From Candidatus Fermentibacteraceae bacterium (GTDB taxonomy: Bacteria > Fermentibacterota > Fermentibacteria > Fermentibacterales > JCC-6), in NCBI GenBank assembly GCA_041686025.1, contig JAWLEP010000031.1:1-32541 (forward strand): a stretch of DNA of 32,541 nt, read 5' to 3'. Under the pieces are notes generated by a model. That model saw only the letters and a program-made list of their open reading frames with translations. It did no database searches and was not told the origin of the DNA. Each line of letters opens with the position of its first letter. Position 1 is the stretch's first letter. Shown in pieces: positions 19,356-28,480 of this stretch. Both the position numbers and the translations under genes were made by a program.

Positions 19356-19847
19356 ATGGCTGTTGTCCATCTGGTCCTGCTGGTGGTGGCGCTGCTCTCC
19401 GCCTCGGAGCCCGAGGGCGTGGCCATGGTCTTCTTTCGCCATCTGGCCGAGGGCGAAGGGGCGGATGCGGCCTCCATGTGCTCGGAGGAGGCCTTCTCCA
19501 ACGTCACTCCCATGCTGCAGAGGCTGAAGGAGCGAATCGAGTCGGACGACCCCGGGTTTCTGCAGAGCCTGCGGCGTTGCGGATACTCGGCCGACCCGGA
19601 GGAGATGCTGGACTGGAGCGAGGAGGAGTACCTGGCCAGGACGCTGTCGCTTCCCATGGTCTCGGCTCGGTACAGCAGGTACGACACGGCCTGGGTATGC
19701 TCCACCTCGTTCACCGATTCCCGCGGCGAGGTCTACCTCTGCCTGGAGGCGGGGACCGCACCCGTCCTCCGGGCCCCGGTGGCCGTGACGCGCGAGAGGG
19801 GCGGCTGGAGGGTCGTGGACTTCATGGGGATGTACAGCTTCCCCTAG
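19356..19847 (+). CDS. exported hypothetical protein
   Basis: AAGGGAG RBS, hydrophobic N-terminus MAVVHLVLLVVALLSA, C-terminal TRERGGWRVVD strand reminiscent of NTF2-like small exported proteins. Confidence 0.7.
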   Translation: MAVVHLVLLVVALLSASEPEGVAMVFFRHLAEGEGADAASMCSEEAFSNVTPMLQRLKERIESDDPGFLQSLRRCGYSADPEEMLDWSEEEYLARTLSLPMVSARYSRYDTAWVCSTSFTDSRGEVYLCLEAGTAPVLRAPVAVTRERGGWRVVDFMGMYSFP

Positions 19848-19864
19848 TCCGGCCCCTCGGTCCC

Positions 19865-20872
19865 TCAGGCCTTCTGCAGCTCCGAGCCCTCGGCCGAGCT
19901 CACCGGACATTCCCTGCAGTTGCCCGAAAGCTGTCCCCGGGCCACCCGCCGCCTCAGCTCCCGGTAGGCCGGTCCCTCCCAGATCTCGCCGAAGTCCTGC
20001 CTGCTCAGGTTCCCCAGCGGCTGGGACGTGTCCCAGTAGGGGCAGGGATTGACCCTTCCCTGGGGGTCTATGTAGACCCAGCTGGAGAGGTAGGGACAGC
20101 CTTCTCCGCCGCCTTCGGCCGAGGCCTCTGCCAGCTCCACCCCCAGGGCGGCCGCCGCCTCCCGGGCTTCGGCAAGCGCGTCCCGGACCCGTTCTGCGCG
20201 CATGTCCAGCCTCTGGGGCTCCATTTCCAGCCCCCGGTACGGCACCAGGGGCACCACCCCTACGGACACGGCCCCCACGTCCGCGGCCAGACCGAGGACC
20301 CCCACCAGCTCGTCCAGGTTCGACCGCTGCAGCGTCATGCTGAAGGAGACCATGGGGAAGCGGTTGCCCAGCTCATCCCTTCTGCGAACCAGTGTCCGCA
20401 CCGAGTCCAGCACCGAGCCCAGGTCGGCCCCGCCCCGAATGGAGGCGTGGGTCTCCGGAGAGGCCCCGTCCACCGAGACGAAGAGGGCGTTGGGGGGAGT
20501 ATCCAGCAGCCAGCCGATCTGCTCCTCGCCCATGAGGGTGCCGTTGGTGACCACCTCGCGGACCGGCACGTCCGCCCTGTACAGCTCGGCCAGGTAATGG
20601 CCGAAACGGTGGTTGCAGAAGGGCTCCGCGCCGCAGGAGAGGCCCACGGTCCGGGACAGGGGGAAGACCTGCCGCCGGATCTTCTCGAAGAGCTCGGGGT
20701 CTGTGTCGGCCCATACCCGGTCCGGGTCGCTGTCGGCCAGCCTCATGGGACACATCCGGCAGCGGAGGTTGCAGCGGTTGGTGGTGTCCATCCGGACGGT
20801 GAGGAACCGCCTGCTGCTGCGCAGCCGAAAGCCCGGGAACCGGGTCGACCTCCGTACGAACCTCCTGAGCAA
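19865..20872 (-). CDS. radical SAM protein with C-terminal SPASM/twitch domain
   Basis: CNLRCRMC (CxxxCxxC), GAEPF, TNGTL, VSVDGAS, then CPY...IDPQGRVNPC...LGNL...EIW...CREC. Start placed at TTG 20872 (or CTG 20878) after GGGAGG, not at 20947. Confidence 0.88.
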   Translation of the reverse strand: MLRRFVRRSTRFPGFRLRSSRRFLTVRMDTTNRCNLRCRMCPMRLADSDPDRVWADTDPELFEKIRRQVFPLSRTVGLSCGAEPFCNHRFGHYLAELYRADVPVREVVTNGTLMGEEQIGWLLDTPPNALFVSVDGASPETHASIRGGADLGSVLDSVRTLVRRRDELGNRFPMVSFSMTLQRSNLDELVGVLGLAADVGAVSVGVVPLVPYRGLEMEPQRLDMRAERVRDALAEAREAAAALGVELAEASAEGGGEGCPYLSSWVYIDPQGRVNPCPYWDTSQPLGNLSRQDFGEIWEGPAYRELRRRVARGQLSGNCRECPVSSAEGSELQKA

Positions 20873-20965
20873 GTCCAGGGCGAAACCTCCCGCGTTGACC
20901 TCTTCGGCACGATTTGGGAGTATTGGTAAAACGCGCAGGTAATGCAATCCGGGAAAGGCGGGCGG

Positions 20966-21394
20966 ATGAGCACAGGAGCTGAAGCGAGATTCGTTGACGG
21001 GCTATGCTTCCAGGTGGAGCAGGACGGGCACAGGTTCATTCTGGACGGCACCGGGGAGTACGGGGGGAGGGACCTCGGTCCCCGCCCGAAGAACCTGCTG
21101 CTCTCCGCCCTCATAGGGTGCACGGGAATGGACGTGGTCTCGGTGCTGCGGAAGATGAAGGTCACCGGGTACACCCTCAGGATCACCGCCGAGGCCGAAT
21201 CCAGCCGGGAGCATCCGGTCTACTTCACCTCCATCAGGCTGAGGTACCTGTTCGGGGGCAAGGACCTTCCGGACAAGAAGATAAGGAAGGCGGTGGACCT
21301 GTCGCAGGAGCGGTACTGCGGCGTCACCTACATGCTCTCGAAGTCGTCGGAGATCGACTACGAGATCGTCTACGTCGACGAGGCCGGGAGTTGA
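20966..21394 (+). CDS. OsmC/YhfA family protein
   Basis: GPRPKNLLLSALIGCTGMDVVSVLRKM...AVDLSQERYCGV, with two conserved Cys. ATG at 20966. Confidence 0.9.
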   Translation: MSTGAEARFVDGLCFQVEQDGHRFILDGTGEYGGRDLGPRPKNLLLSALIGCTGMDVVSVLRKMKVTGYTLRITAEAESSREHPVYFTSIRLRYLFGGKDLPDKKIRKAVDLSQERYCGVTYMLSKSSEIDYEIVYVDEAGS

Positions 21395-22095
21395 GGCCCC
21401 GGGTCCTGGTGGCCGACTACTCCCGGGACCGCAGCGAGGCGGGCGAGGTGGTCCGCTGGCTGAAGGGGTCGGTGAAGGCCGAGGCGGTGTACGTCCCCTT
21501 CGCGGACTCGCTTCCCGACGTGTCCGGCTACCAGGGGGTGATCCACACCGGCTCCTCCTTCTCCATCTGCGACGCCGCGGAGTTCGATGGCTGGGCCGAG
21601 GAGACGGTGCGCAGGGCGGCGGAGCTGTCACTGCCCCAGATGGGCATATGCTACGGGCACCAGATGATCTGCCGGGCCCTGCTGGGCCCCGAAGCGGTTC
21701 GGCGCTGCCCGGGCGGGCTGGAGGCCGGCTGGCTGCATGTGGACTTCACCGGACCGGCGGCGGAGGAGATCGGCCTCCCGCAGAGGGCCAGCGTCTTCCA
21801 GTCCCACCTCGACGAGGTGGTGAGGCTCCCCGGGGAGTCGGAGGTATTCGCCCGCTCCCCCCACACGGCCATCCAGGGCTACCTCTGCCGGAGGCCCTGG
21901 CTGCTGGGGCTGCAGTTCCATCCCGAGTTCGACCGCGAGGCGGGGAACAGGACCTTCCTGGGCGACCCCGAGCTGCTGCAGCGCCACGGAATCGACCCGG
22001 ACCGGATCACGGCCGGTGGCCCCAGCATGGATGCCGGCACTATATTCTTTGGTTACTACAGCGATAATGTTGCCTGCCGCCAGCACAGCGACTAG
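21391..22095 (+). CDS. class I glutamine amidotransferase-like protein
   Basis: TTGA overlap with the OsmC stop. TGS, GICYGHQ (nucleophile Cys), QSHLDEV, GLQFHPE. C-terminal part of track ORF 21004..22095. Confidence 0.9.
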   Translation: MRPRVLVADYSRDRSEAGEVVRWLKGSVKAEAVYVPFADSLPDVSGYQGVIHTGSSFSICDAAEFDGWAEETVRRAAELSLPQMGICYGHQMICRALLGPEAVRRCPGGLEAGWLHVDFTGPAAEEIGLPQRASVFQSHLDEVVRLPGESEVFARSPHTAIQGYLCRRPWLLGLQFHPEFDREAGNRTFLGDPELLQRHGIDPDRITAGGPSMDAGTIFFGYYSDNVACRQHSD

Positions 22096-22107
22096 AGGGG
22101 TGATAGA

Positions 22108-23553
22108 TTGACACGCCGACTGCAGGACCTCCAGCCCTCCGCCGTATGGAAATGGTTTCTCCGGCTGTGCAGGATACCAAGGCCCTCCGGGCACGAGCAG
22201 AAGGTCACCGAGTTCCTCCTGGAATTCGCCGACGAGAGAGGGCTGGAGAGGCTCGTGGACCCCGCCGGAAACGTGCTGATACGCAAACCGGGCTGCGGCG
22301 CCGCCGCAGATGCCGAGCCGGTTGCGCTGCAGGCGCACACCGACATGGTGCCCGAGAAGGTGGACGGAAGCGGGCACGATTTCCAGACCGACCCCATCCA
22401 GCCGGAGCGCGACGGCGACTGGGTCACCGCCCGGGAGACCACTCTGGGGGCCGACAACGGCATCGGCGTCTCCTGCATGCTGGCTTTCCTGGACGCCGAC
22501 GATCTGGCGCATCCGCCCCTGGAATGCCTCTTCACCGTGGACGAGGAGAGGGGGCTCACCGGGGCCGCCGCCCTGAATCCGGGCTGGCTGGACTCCCGCC
22601 GGCTGATAAACCTGGACTCCGAGGACGAGGGCCGTTTCTGCATCGGGTGCGCGGGGGGAGTGGACATCTCAGTAACAGACACCCTTCCCGTGGGAGTCGA
22701 GGAGGGGCGGACGGCCCGGGTGACCATCGGGGGCCTGAAGGGCGGGCACTCCGGGATGGAGATCGACCGCGGCAGGGCCTGCGGCGTGAAGCTTGCCGCC
22801 AGGGCGCTTACCGTGCTGGCGGACCTGGGAGCCTCCGTCTCCGGGCTGGAGGCGGGCACCAAGCGCAACGCCATCGCCAGGGGGGCCCGGATGGAGCTCT
22901 GGATCCCCGAGGCGAAGATGGACGATGCCATGAAGGCGGTATCGGCCCTGGAGAAGCAGGTCCGCGACGAGTACCGCGGCATCGAGGAGGGCGTGGAGAT
23001 GAGCATGGAGCCCGTGGAGTGGGACTTGCCTCCGGTGCCTTTCGGGCATACACGCCGCCTGGCCGACCTTCTCCTGGCCTTGCCTCACGGCGTGGTGAAG
23101 ATGAGCGGCGTCGCGGAGGGCCTGGTGGAGACCTCGGTGAACCTGGCCACCGCCAGCCTGTCGGAGGGCTCGCTTCGGATCACGTTGTCCGCGCGCAGCT
23201 CCATCGATGACGCCAGGGACTGGGTGGTCCGGAGGGTCAGGGCCCTGGGCAGGATGGCGGGAGCCGGCGTGGAGGAATCCGGAGCATACCCCGGATGGAG
23301 GCCCAGAGCGGACTCGCCCCTTCTGGACAGGGCCCGAAGAGTCTACAGCGAGACCACCGGGAAGGAACCGGTGGTGGAGACCATACACGCCGGCCTGGAG
23401 TGCGGCATTCTGGGCAGCAGGTATCCGGGACTGGACATGATCTCCATGGGGCCAACCATCAGGGACGTACACATCCCAGGGGAGAGGGTCAGCGTACCCT
23501 CGCTGAAGAGGTTTTGGGCCTTCCTCACCTCCCTGCTGGCCGACGAACTATAG
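22108..23553 (+). CDS. pepD: aminoacyl-histidine dipeptidase (M20C)
   Basis: IPRPSGHE, LQAHTDMV, TTLGADNGIG, FTVDEERGL, INLDSEDEG, GGHSG, IHAGLECG. Confidence 0.95.
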   Translation: MTRRLQDLQPSAVWKWFLRLCRIPRPSGHEQKVTEFLLEFADERGLERLVDPAGNVLIRKPGCGAAADAEPVALQAHTDMVPEKVDGSGHDFQTDPIQPERDGDWVTARETTLGADNGIGVSCMLAFLDADDLAHPPLECLFTVDEERGLTGAAALNPGWLDSRRLINLDSEDEGRFCIGCAGGVDISVTDTLPVGVEEGRTARVTIGGLKGGHSGMEIDRGRACGVKLAARALTVLADLGASVSGLEAGTKRNAIARGARMELWIPEAKMDDAMKAVSALEKQVRDEYRGIEEGVEMSMEPVEWDLPPVPFGHTRRLADLLLALPHGVVKMSGVAEGLVETSVNLATASLSEGSLRITLSARSSIDDARDWVVRRVRALGRMAGAGVEESGAYPGWRPRADSPLLDRARRVYSETTGKEPVVETIHAGLECGILGSRYPGLDMISMGPTIRDVHIPGERVSVPSLKRFWAFLTSLLADEL

Positions 23554-23594
23554 ATGATGGGGCCTTCGTGTCCCAGGACGAACCGGGAGGAGAT

Positions 23595-24533
23595 ATGGAC
23601 GAGATATTGGTCCTGCAGGATCTTGGAGTAGACCGTGAGCTGGCCGAGAGCCGGTGCGGCGAGATCCTTCCCGACTGCAGGCTGGTCTGGAATCCCGACA
23701 GCGGATCATGCCCCGGCAGCCTTGGTTCGCTCGAATACCTGGTCACTGTGGATACACCGGTACCGGGCAGACTGATGCGGGAATCGAACCTGAAGATGAT
23801 CTCGGTTTCCTTCACCGGGTACGAGTTCATCGACCTCGACGCAGCCCGTGACAGCGGCGTGGCAGTATCCAACGTTCCCGGGTACGCTTCCCAATCGGTG
23901 GCGGAGATGGTCGTTCTGCTTGTCCTGGGACTCCTCAGGAAGCTGAAGCAATCGGACTTCCTGGTCAGGGAGGTCCGCTGGGATGAGGCGCCGAAGGGTT
24001 TCGAACTGGCAGGAAAGACGGTGGGCATAGTAGGCACCGGACACTGTGGAATGGCCACTGCCAGGCTGTTCTCGGCCTTCGGGTGCAGGCTGTTGGGCCA
24101 CAGTCGCACGGAGAACGAGAAGTTCACCAACATGGGCGGCAGGTATATGAAGCTCGATGCCCTCCTGGCGGCCTCCGATATTGTCTCGCTGCACCTCCCC
24201 CTGAATGCCGATACGGGCAACTTCATCGATTACGCCCAACTGGGAACAATGAAAGAGACAGCCTTTCTGATAAACACAGCCCGCGGGGGCCTGGTGAACC
24301 AGACCGCCCTGGCAAGGGCCCTGGAGAACGGCGTCATCGCCGGTGCGGGCCTTGACGTCTTCTCGTCCGAGCCACCCCCCATCGGCCAGAGGATCCTGTA
24401 CGCACCCAACACTCTGTTCACCCCCCATTCCGGCTACCGTACCCACGAGGCCCTCAGAAGGAAGGTCGACACCACCTTCGAGAACATCCACGCCTTCCGG
24501 GAGGGACGGGTGCTGAACAGGGTGGACCTGTGA
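23595..24533 (+). CDS. D-isomer-specific 2-hydroxyacid dehydrogenase
   Basis: GGGAGG RBS and ATG 23595. VSNVPGY...VAE, GKTVGIVGTGHCG, DIVSLHLPL, INTARG, LDVFSSEP, TPHSG. Confidence 0.92.
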   Translation: MDEILVLQDLGVDRELAESRCGEILPDCRLVWNPDSGSCPGSLGSLEYLVTVDTPVPGRLMRESNLKMISVSFTGYEFIDLDAARDSGVAVSNVPGYASQSVAEMVVLLVLGLLRKLKQSDFLVREVRWDEAPKGFELAGKTVGIVGTGHCGMATARLFSAFGCRLLGHSRTENEKFTNMGGRYMKLDALLAASDIVSLHLPLNADTGNFIDYAQLGTMKETAFLINTARGGLVNQTALARALENGVIAGAGLDVFSSEPPPIGQRILYAPNTLFTPHSGYRTHEALRRKVDTTFENIHAFREGRVLNRVDL

Positions 24534-26380
24534 GCGACACCGGCGAGAGGCGGCCAGATTCGTCTGACCTGGACCGGATGCTGGAGCTGTTCCGGCAGCA
24601 GCTTCCCCCGGCACCGAAGGCTATGGACCTCCGACCGCTCGACGACTCTGCCCGAAGGGCCCTGGAGCGGGCGGGAAACAGCTGCTCCGACTACAGCGGC
24701 GTAAGGGTGACCCCCCGGACCGACCTGTCCCTGATACGCAACTGCCGGCTGAGGCCTCCGGTATCCATAGACCTGGAGGCCGGGAAGCTGGAGGTGGACG
24801 GCCAGGCCTTCGATGCGGGAATCCGCGACTGCACCCTCGACTCCTGCACCGTGAGCGGCCGGGTCCATCTGAGCGAAGTGGGGCTGCTGAAGGGCATGAC
24901 CGTCATGGGCCCCTCCGCCGTGGTCCGCTGCGGCCGGGTCTGCGCGGCCCCGGACGGGGACTTCGGGATGGATGCGACGCTGGAGCTGGGCCTGGAGACG
25001 GATGGAAGGCACCTTCCCCTGATTCCCACGCTCACCCCGGACCTGGCCCTTCACCTGACCTCCGAGAGGGGACAGGCGATGCGCAGGAGACTGGACGCCC
25101 ACGTGGAGGCCATGCGTCTGTCGCTGTCCCCCCTGGGAGCGGTCATAGGCCCGGGATGCCTCCTGCGGGACACCCCCGCAGTCACCGGGTGCTTCCTCAG
25201 CGGCTCGGTAACTGTGGACGCCGCCGCTGGGGTGCGGGGGAGCTTCCTGATGGGGGCGGACGACCGCAGGACCAGGATTGCCGACGGCGCACTGGTAAGG
25301 CGGTCGGTGCTGCAGTGGGGGGCCAGGGTGGACTCCATGGCCGTGGTGGAGAGGTCCCTGGTGGGCGAATGCTCAACCGTGGAGCGCCACGGGAAGCTCA
25401 CCGGAAGCCTCCTGGGCCCGGACAGCTGCCTGGGCGAGGGGGAGATCACCGCCAGCCTGACGGGTCCGTTCACGGCCATGCACCACCAGTCGCTGCTGAT
25501 AGCCGCCAGGTGGCCGATGGGCCAGGGCAACGTGGGCTACGGGGCCAACGTGGGAAGCAACCACACCTCCCGTGCCCCGGACCAGGGCATCGAGTGCGGC
25601 CAGGGCGTGTTCTTCGGCCTGGGATGCAGCGTAAAGTTCCCCTGCTCCCTGGAGCGGGCGCCGTTCTCCATCATCGCCACCGGGGTCACCACCCTTCCCC
25701 AGAGGCTGGAGATGCCCTTCTCCCTGATATGCGCCCCCGCCCGCAGCTACCCGGGCGTCTCACCGGCCCTGAACGAGATCAGACCGGGATGGGTGCTGGC
25801 AGGCAACCTCTACGCCCTCTGGCGCAGCATGACGAAGTACCGCTCCCGCAGGAGATCGGTGCACACCGGGGGCGTCGCTCCCGTGCTCTCGCTGCGCAAC
25901 GCGGAGATGGTGGCGAAGGCCATGTCAGTGCTGGAGAAGGCCGAGGGGGACGGGCCCTGGACCCACCTGCCCGGCATCGGCAAGAACATCCTCACCGAAA
26001 GCGCCCGCCGTGAGGGTGTGGAGGCCTACGCCCTGTTCCTGCAGTGGTACGCCCTGCATGCCTTTGCCGAGGCCCTCCGCCGCCTGGAGGACCCCGACAG
26101 GGCGCTGGCGGAGATGAGCGGCCCCGACCGCGAGATACTGCAGAGACACGCCGGATGCGCCGGCCCGGCTCAGGCCGCAGGCCGCTACCTGGAGGTGATG
26201 GAGGAGCTGGTGCGGAGGGTCAGCGACAGCCGCAGCAAGGACAGCGTCCGCGGCAGCAGGGTCTGCTCGGAGTACCAGTGGGCCCACCGGGGACCGGACC
26301 GGGTTCTGCAGAGCGCCGACCGCAGCCTCGAAGAGGCCCGCCACCTGGTTGGAGCTCACTTTCCCGAACTGACGGAGTAG
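24530..26380 (+). CDS. DUF4954-like left-handed beta-helix protein
   Basis: Hexapeptide-like repeats and GEGEITASLTGPF..MHHQSLLIAARWP.GQGNVGYGANVGSNHTSRAPDQ...PFSLI. GTGA overlap with the previous gene. Confidence 0.75.
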   Translation: MSDTGERRPDSSDLDRMLELFRQQLPPAPKAMDLRPLDDSARRALERAGNSCSDYSGVRVTPRTDLSLIRNCRLRPPVSIDLEAGKLEVDGQAFDAGIRDCTLDSCTVSGRVHLSEVGLLKGMTVMGPSAVVRCGRVCAAPDGDFGMDATLELGLETDGRHLPLIPTLTPDLALHLTSERGQAMRRRLDAHVEAMRLSLSPLGAVIGPGCLLRDTPAVTGCFLSGSVTVDAAAGVRGSFLMGADDRRTRIADGALVRRSVLQWGARVDSMAVVERSLVGECSTVERHGKLTGSLLGPDSCLGEGEITASLTGPFTAMHHQSLLIAARWPMGQGNVGYGANVGSNHTSRAPDQGIECGQGVFFGLGCSVKFPCSLERAPFSIIATGVTTLPQRLEMPFSLICAPARSYPGVSPALNEIRPGWVLAGNLYALWRSMTKYRSRRRSVHTGGVAPVLSLRNAEMVAKAMSVLEKAEGDGPWTHLPGIGKNILTESARREGVEAYALFLQWYALHAFAEALRRLEDPDRALAEMSGPDREILQRHAGCAGPAQAAGRYLEVMEELVRRVSDSRSKDSVRGSRVCSEYQWAHRGPDRVLQSADRSLEEARHLVGAHFPELTE

Positions 26381-26410
26381 CCGGGAACTTGCCGGGCCGA
26401 AAATCCATAA

Positions 26411-26438
26411 TATATTTGAACAGTTGAACAAATGAACA
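26411..26438 (+). promoter_or_regulatory. SmtB/ArsR-type operator upstream of the metal permease operon
   Basis: TATATTTGAACAGTTGAACAAATGAACA: imperfect inverted repeat ATTTG..CAAAT and three TGAACA copies, resembling SmtB-type TGAACA-core boxes. An ArsR/SmtB gene is in the operon. Confidence 0.7.
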
Positions 26439-26463
26439 ACAGTATCCGATTGGAGAGATCCGA

Positions 26464-27684
26464 ATGGAAAAGCTGGCCGCACTGCCGGGTGCCCTGTGGA
26501 CGACCATGGCCGAGCTGGCCCCGTCGCTCTTCCTGGGTCTGCTGATAGCCGGTCTGCTTCACGTTCTCATAAACCGCGACAGGATCTTCGCCCATCTGGG
26601 CAAGCCCGGGATCATAAGCTCCATGAAGGCCTCCATGTGGGGCGTTCCCCTTCCCCTCTGCTCCTGCGGCGTCCTTCCCGCCGCCCTGGGGCTGCGCAGG
26701 GACGGAGCATCCCGGGGCGCAACCACCTCCTTCCTGGTGAGCACGCCCCAGACCGGCGTGGACTCCCTGCTGGTAACCGCCGGCATGCTGGGCTGGCCCT
26801 TCGCCCTGGCCAAGCTGGTCACCGCCTTCGCCGCGGGGGTCACCAGCGGCACGCTGGTGGACGCCTTTCCGGGCAGCAAGACCGAGGATGACGGCTTCTC
26901 GGGCGCCTGCACCGACGCCCCAGGAGGCTTCTTCAGGAGGCTGTGGGACTTCTCGTACCGGGTGGTGTTCCTGGACATACACCGCTGGCTGACCCTGGGC
27001 ATCGTGGTCTCCGGTCTCATAGTGGTTCTGGTGCCCCCGGGATACCTGGCCGACGTGGAGGTCCTCAACGGTCCCCTGGGCCTGCTGGCCGCACTGCTGG
27101 TGGGAATACCCATGTACGTCTGCTCCGTGGCCTCCGTCCCCATAGCCGCGGGGCTGATCTACGCCGGCTTCCCGGTGGGGGGAGCGCTGGTGTTCCTGAT
27201 GGCGGGCCCCGCCACCAACGCCGCCACCATGGGCGCGGTACGCAAGGCCATGGGCGGCCGGGCGTTCTGGATCTACCTGCTGACGATCATCGGCTTCTCC
27301 ATGGCCGCCGGCCTGCTGCTGAACAGGCTGCAGCCGCTGGAGGCCGTGGCCGGGATACACCACGATCACATAGGACTCCTGCCATCCATAGCCGCCGGCG
27401 TGCTGCTTCTGGGCCTGGCTGCGGCGTGGCTGGAGGACCTGAAGAGATGGATGGAGGGCAGGGCGATGGATACAGAGGATGCTCTGGTGCTGCGAGTGGG
27501 TGGAATGACCTGTCAGGGCTGCGCTTCCCGCGTCAGGCAGGCGGTGCGCCCGCTGGACGGGGTCGAGGACGTTCTGGTGGACCTCTCCGGTGACTCGGTG
27601 CGGGTCCTGGGCAGCCCCGACCCGGAGGCGGTCAGGGAGGCCATCAGGGAGGCCGGGTACACCGTAGAGGAGAACGGGGAATGA
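26464..27684 (+). CDS. ArsP/DUF318 (SO_0444-like) metal permease fused to a C-terminal HMA domain
   Basis: PLPLCSCGV, FLVSTPQTG, PMYVCSVASVP, FLMAGPATN, HHDH, then GMTCQGC (HMA). Confidence 0.9.
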   Translation: MEKLAALPGALWTTMAELAPSLFLGLLIAGLLHVLINRDRIFAHLGKPGIISSMKASMWGVPLPLCSCGVLPAALGLRRDGASRGATTSFLVSTPQTGVDSLLVTAGMLGWPFALAKLVTAFAAGVTSGTLVDAFPGSKTEDDGFSGACTDAPGGFFRRLWDFSYRVVFLDIHRWLTLGIVVSGLIVVLVPPGYLADVEVLNGPLGLLAALLVGIPMYVCSVASVPIAAGLIYAGFPVGGALVFLMAGPATNAATMGAVRKAMGGRAFWIYLLTIIGFSMAAGLLLNRLQPLEAVAGIHHDHIGLLPSIAAGVLLLGLAAAWLEDLKRWMEGRAMDTEDALVLRVGGMTCQGCASRVRQAVRPLDGVEDVLVDLSGDSVRVLGSPDPEAVREAIREAGYTVEENGE

Positions 27685-27959
27685 CCGACGCCGAAGGCCT
27701 GGCGGCCATCTTCTCCTGCATGGCGGACCCCACCAGGCTCTCTGTGCTGCTGATCCTCCTGGAGGGCGAGAGGTGCGTGTGCGACCTCTCCGAGGAGACC
27801 GAAGCCTCCGTCTCCTCCGTCTCCCACGGCCTGCGGCTGCTGCGGGCCGGGGGTCTTGTCTCCCGCCGCCGCGAGGGCAGGCACATGTACTACAGGTTGG
27901 CCGACCATCACGTGGAGGCCCTCCTGAGGACGGCCATCGAGCACCTGGAGCACATCTGA
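27681..27959 (+). CDS. ArsR/SmtB family metal-sensing repressor
   Basis: ADPTRL, CVCDL, SVSHGLRLL, RREGRHMYYRL, DHHV...EHLEH (alpha5-type site). ATGA overlap. Confidence 0.93.
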   Translation: MTDAEGLAAIFSCMADPTRLSVLLILLEGERCVCDLSEETEASVSSVSHGLRLLRAGGLVSRRREGRHMYYRLADHHVEALLRTAIEHLEHI

Positions 27960-27982
27960 CGAAGCGCGAAAGGGAGGCTGGA

Positions 27983-28360
27983 ATGGCCTGGGATCACAAT
28001 CCCGTTGGATGGTTCGAGATTCCGGTGGCTGACATGGAAAGGGCTGCGGACTTCTACGGCAGTGTATTCGAGATCGAGCTGGAACCGCGGGAGATGGGGG
28101 ATGCGGTAGTCGCCATGTTTCCAAGCGTGCCGGGCAGCACCGGCACCTCCGGCATGCTGGTTCAGGCGGAGGAGGCCGTGCCCTCGGCCCACGGAGTCAT
28201 GATCTACTTCACCGAGCCCGACATAGACGGCGCCCTGGCCCGGGTTGAGAAGGCCGGCGGAGAGGTGGTCGTCCCCCGTACCAGCATCGGGCAGTACGGC
28301 TGGGTGGGCATCTTCGCCGACAGCGAGGGCAACCGCATAGGTCTGCACTCCCGCAGATAA
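27983..28360 (+). CDS. VOC (glyoxalase/bleomycin resistance) family protein
   Basis: GGGAGG RBS. NPVGWFEIPVADMERAADFYGSVF...VEKAGG...FADSEGNRIGLH. Confidence 0.92.
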   Translation: MAWDHNPVGWFEIPVADMERAADFYGSVFEIELEPREMGDAVVAMFPSVPGSTGTSGMLVQAEEAVPSAHGVMIYFTEPDIDGALARVEKAGGEVVVPRTSIGQYGWVGIFADSEGNRIGLHSRR

Positions 28361-28430
28361 TGGGCGTGGACCAGGCTCGGTAATAGCCAATGTATACTTG
28401 TAGCAAGTAAAGAATATCTATTATCTGTAC

Positions 28431-28458
28431 TTGACAGAGAGAAACCCTGTGATATATG
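28431..28458 (+). promoter_or_regulatory. probable promoter of the AAA ATPase gene
   Basis: Perfect TTGACA (28431-28436) and TG-A-TATATG (extended -10-like, 16-bp spacer) in a very AT-rich stretch. Confidence 0.5.
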
Positions 28459-28480
28459 TGTACCTTGGAAAGGGAAACAT

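Noticed and set aside
18065..20929. 954-aa plus-strand ORF
   Set aside because: An off-frame Arg/Gly/Pro-rich overlay of pepT and neighbours; not protein-like.
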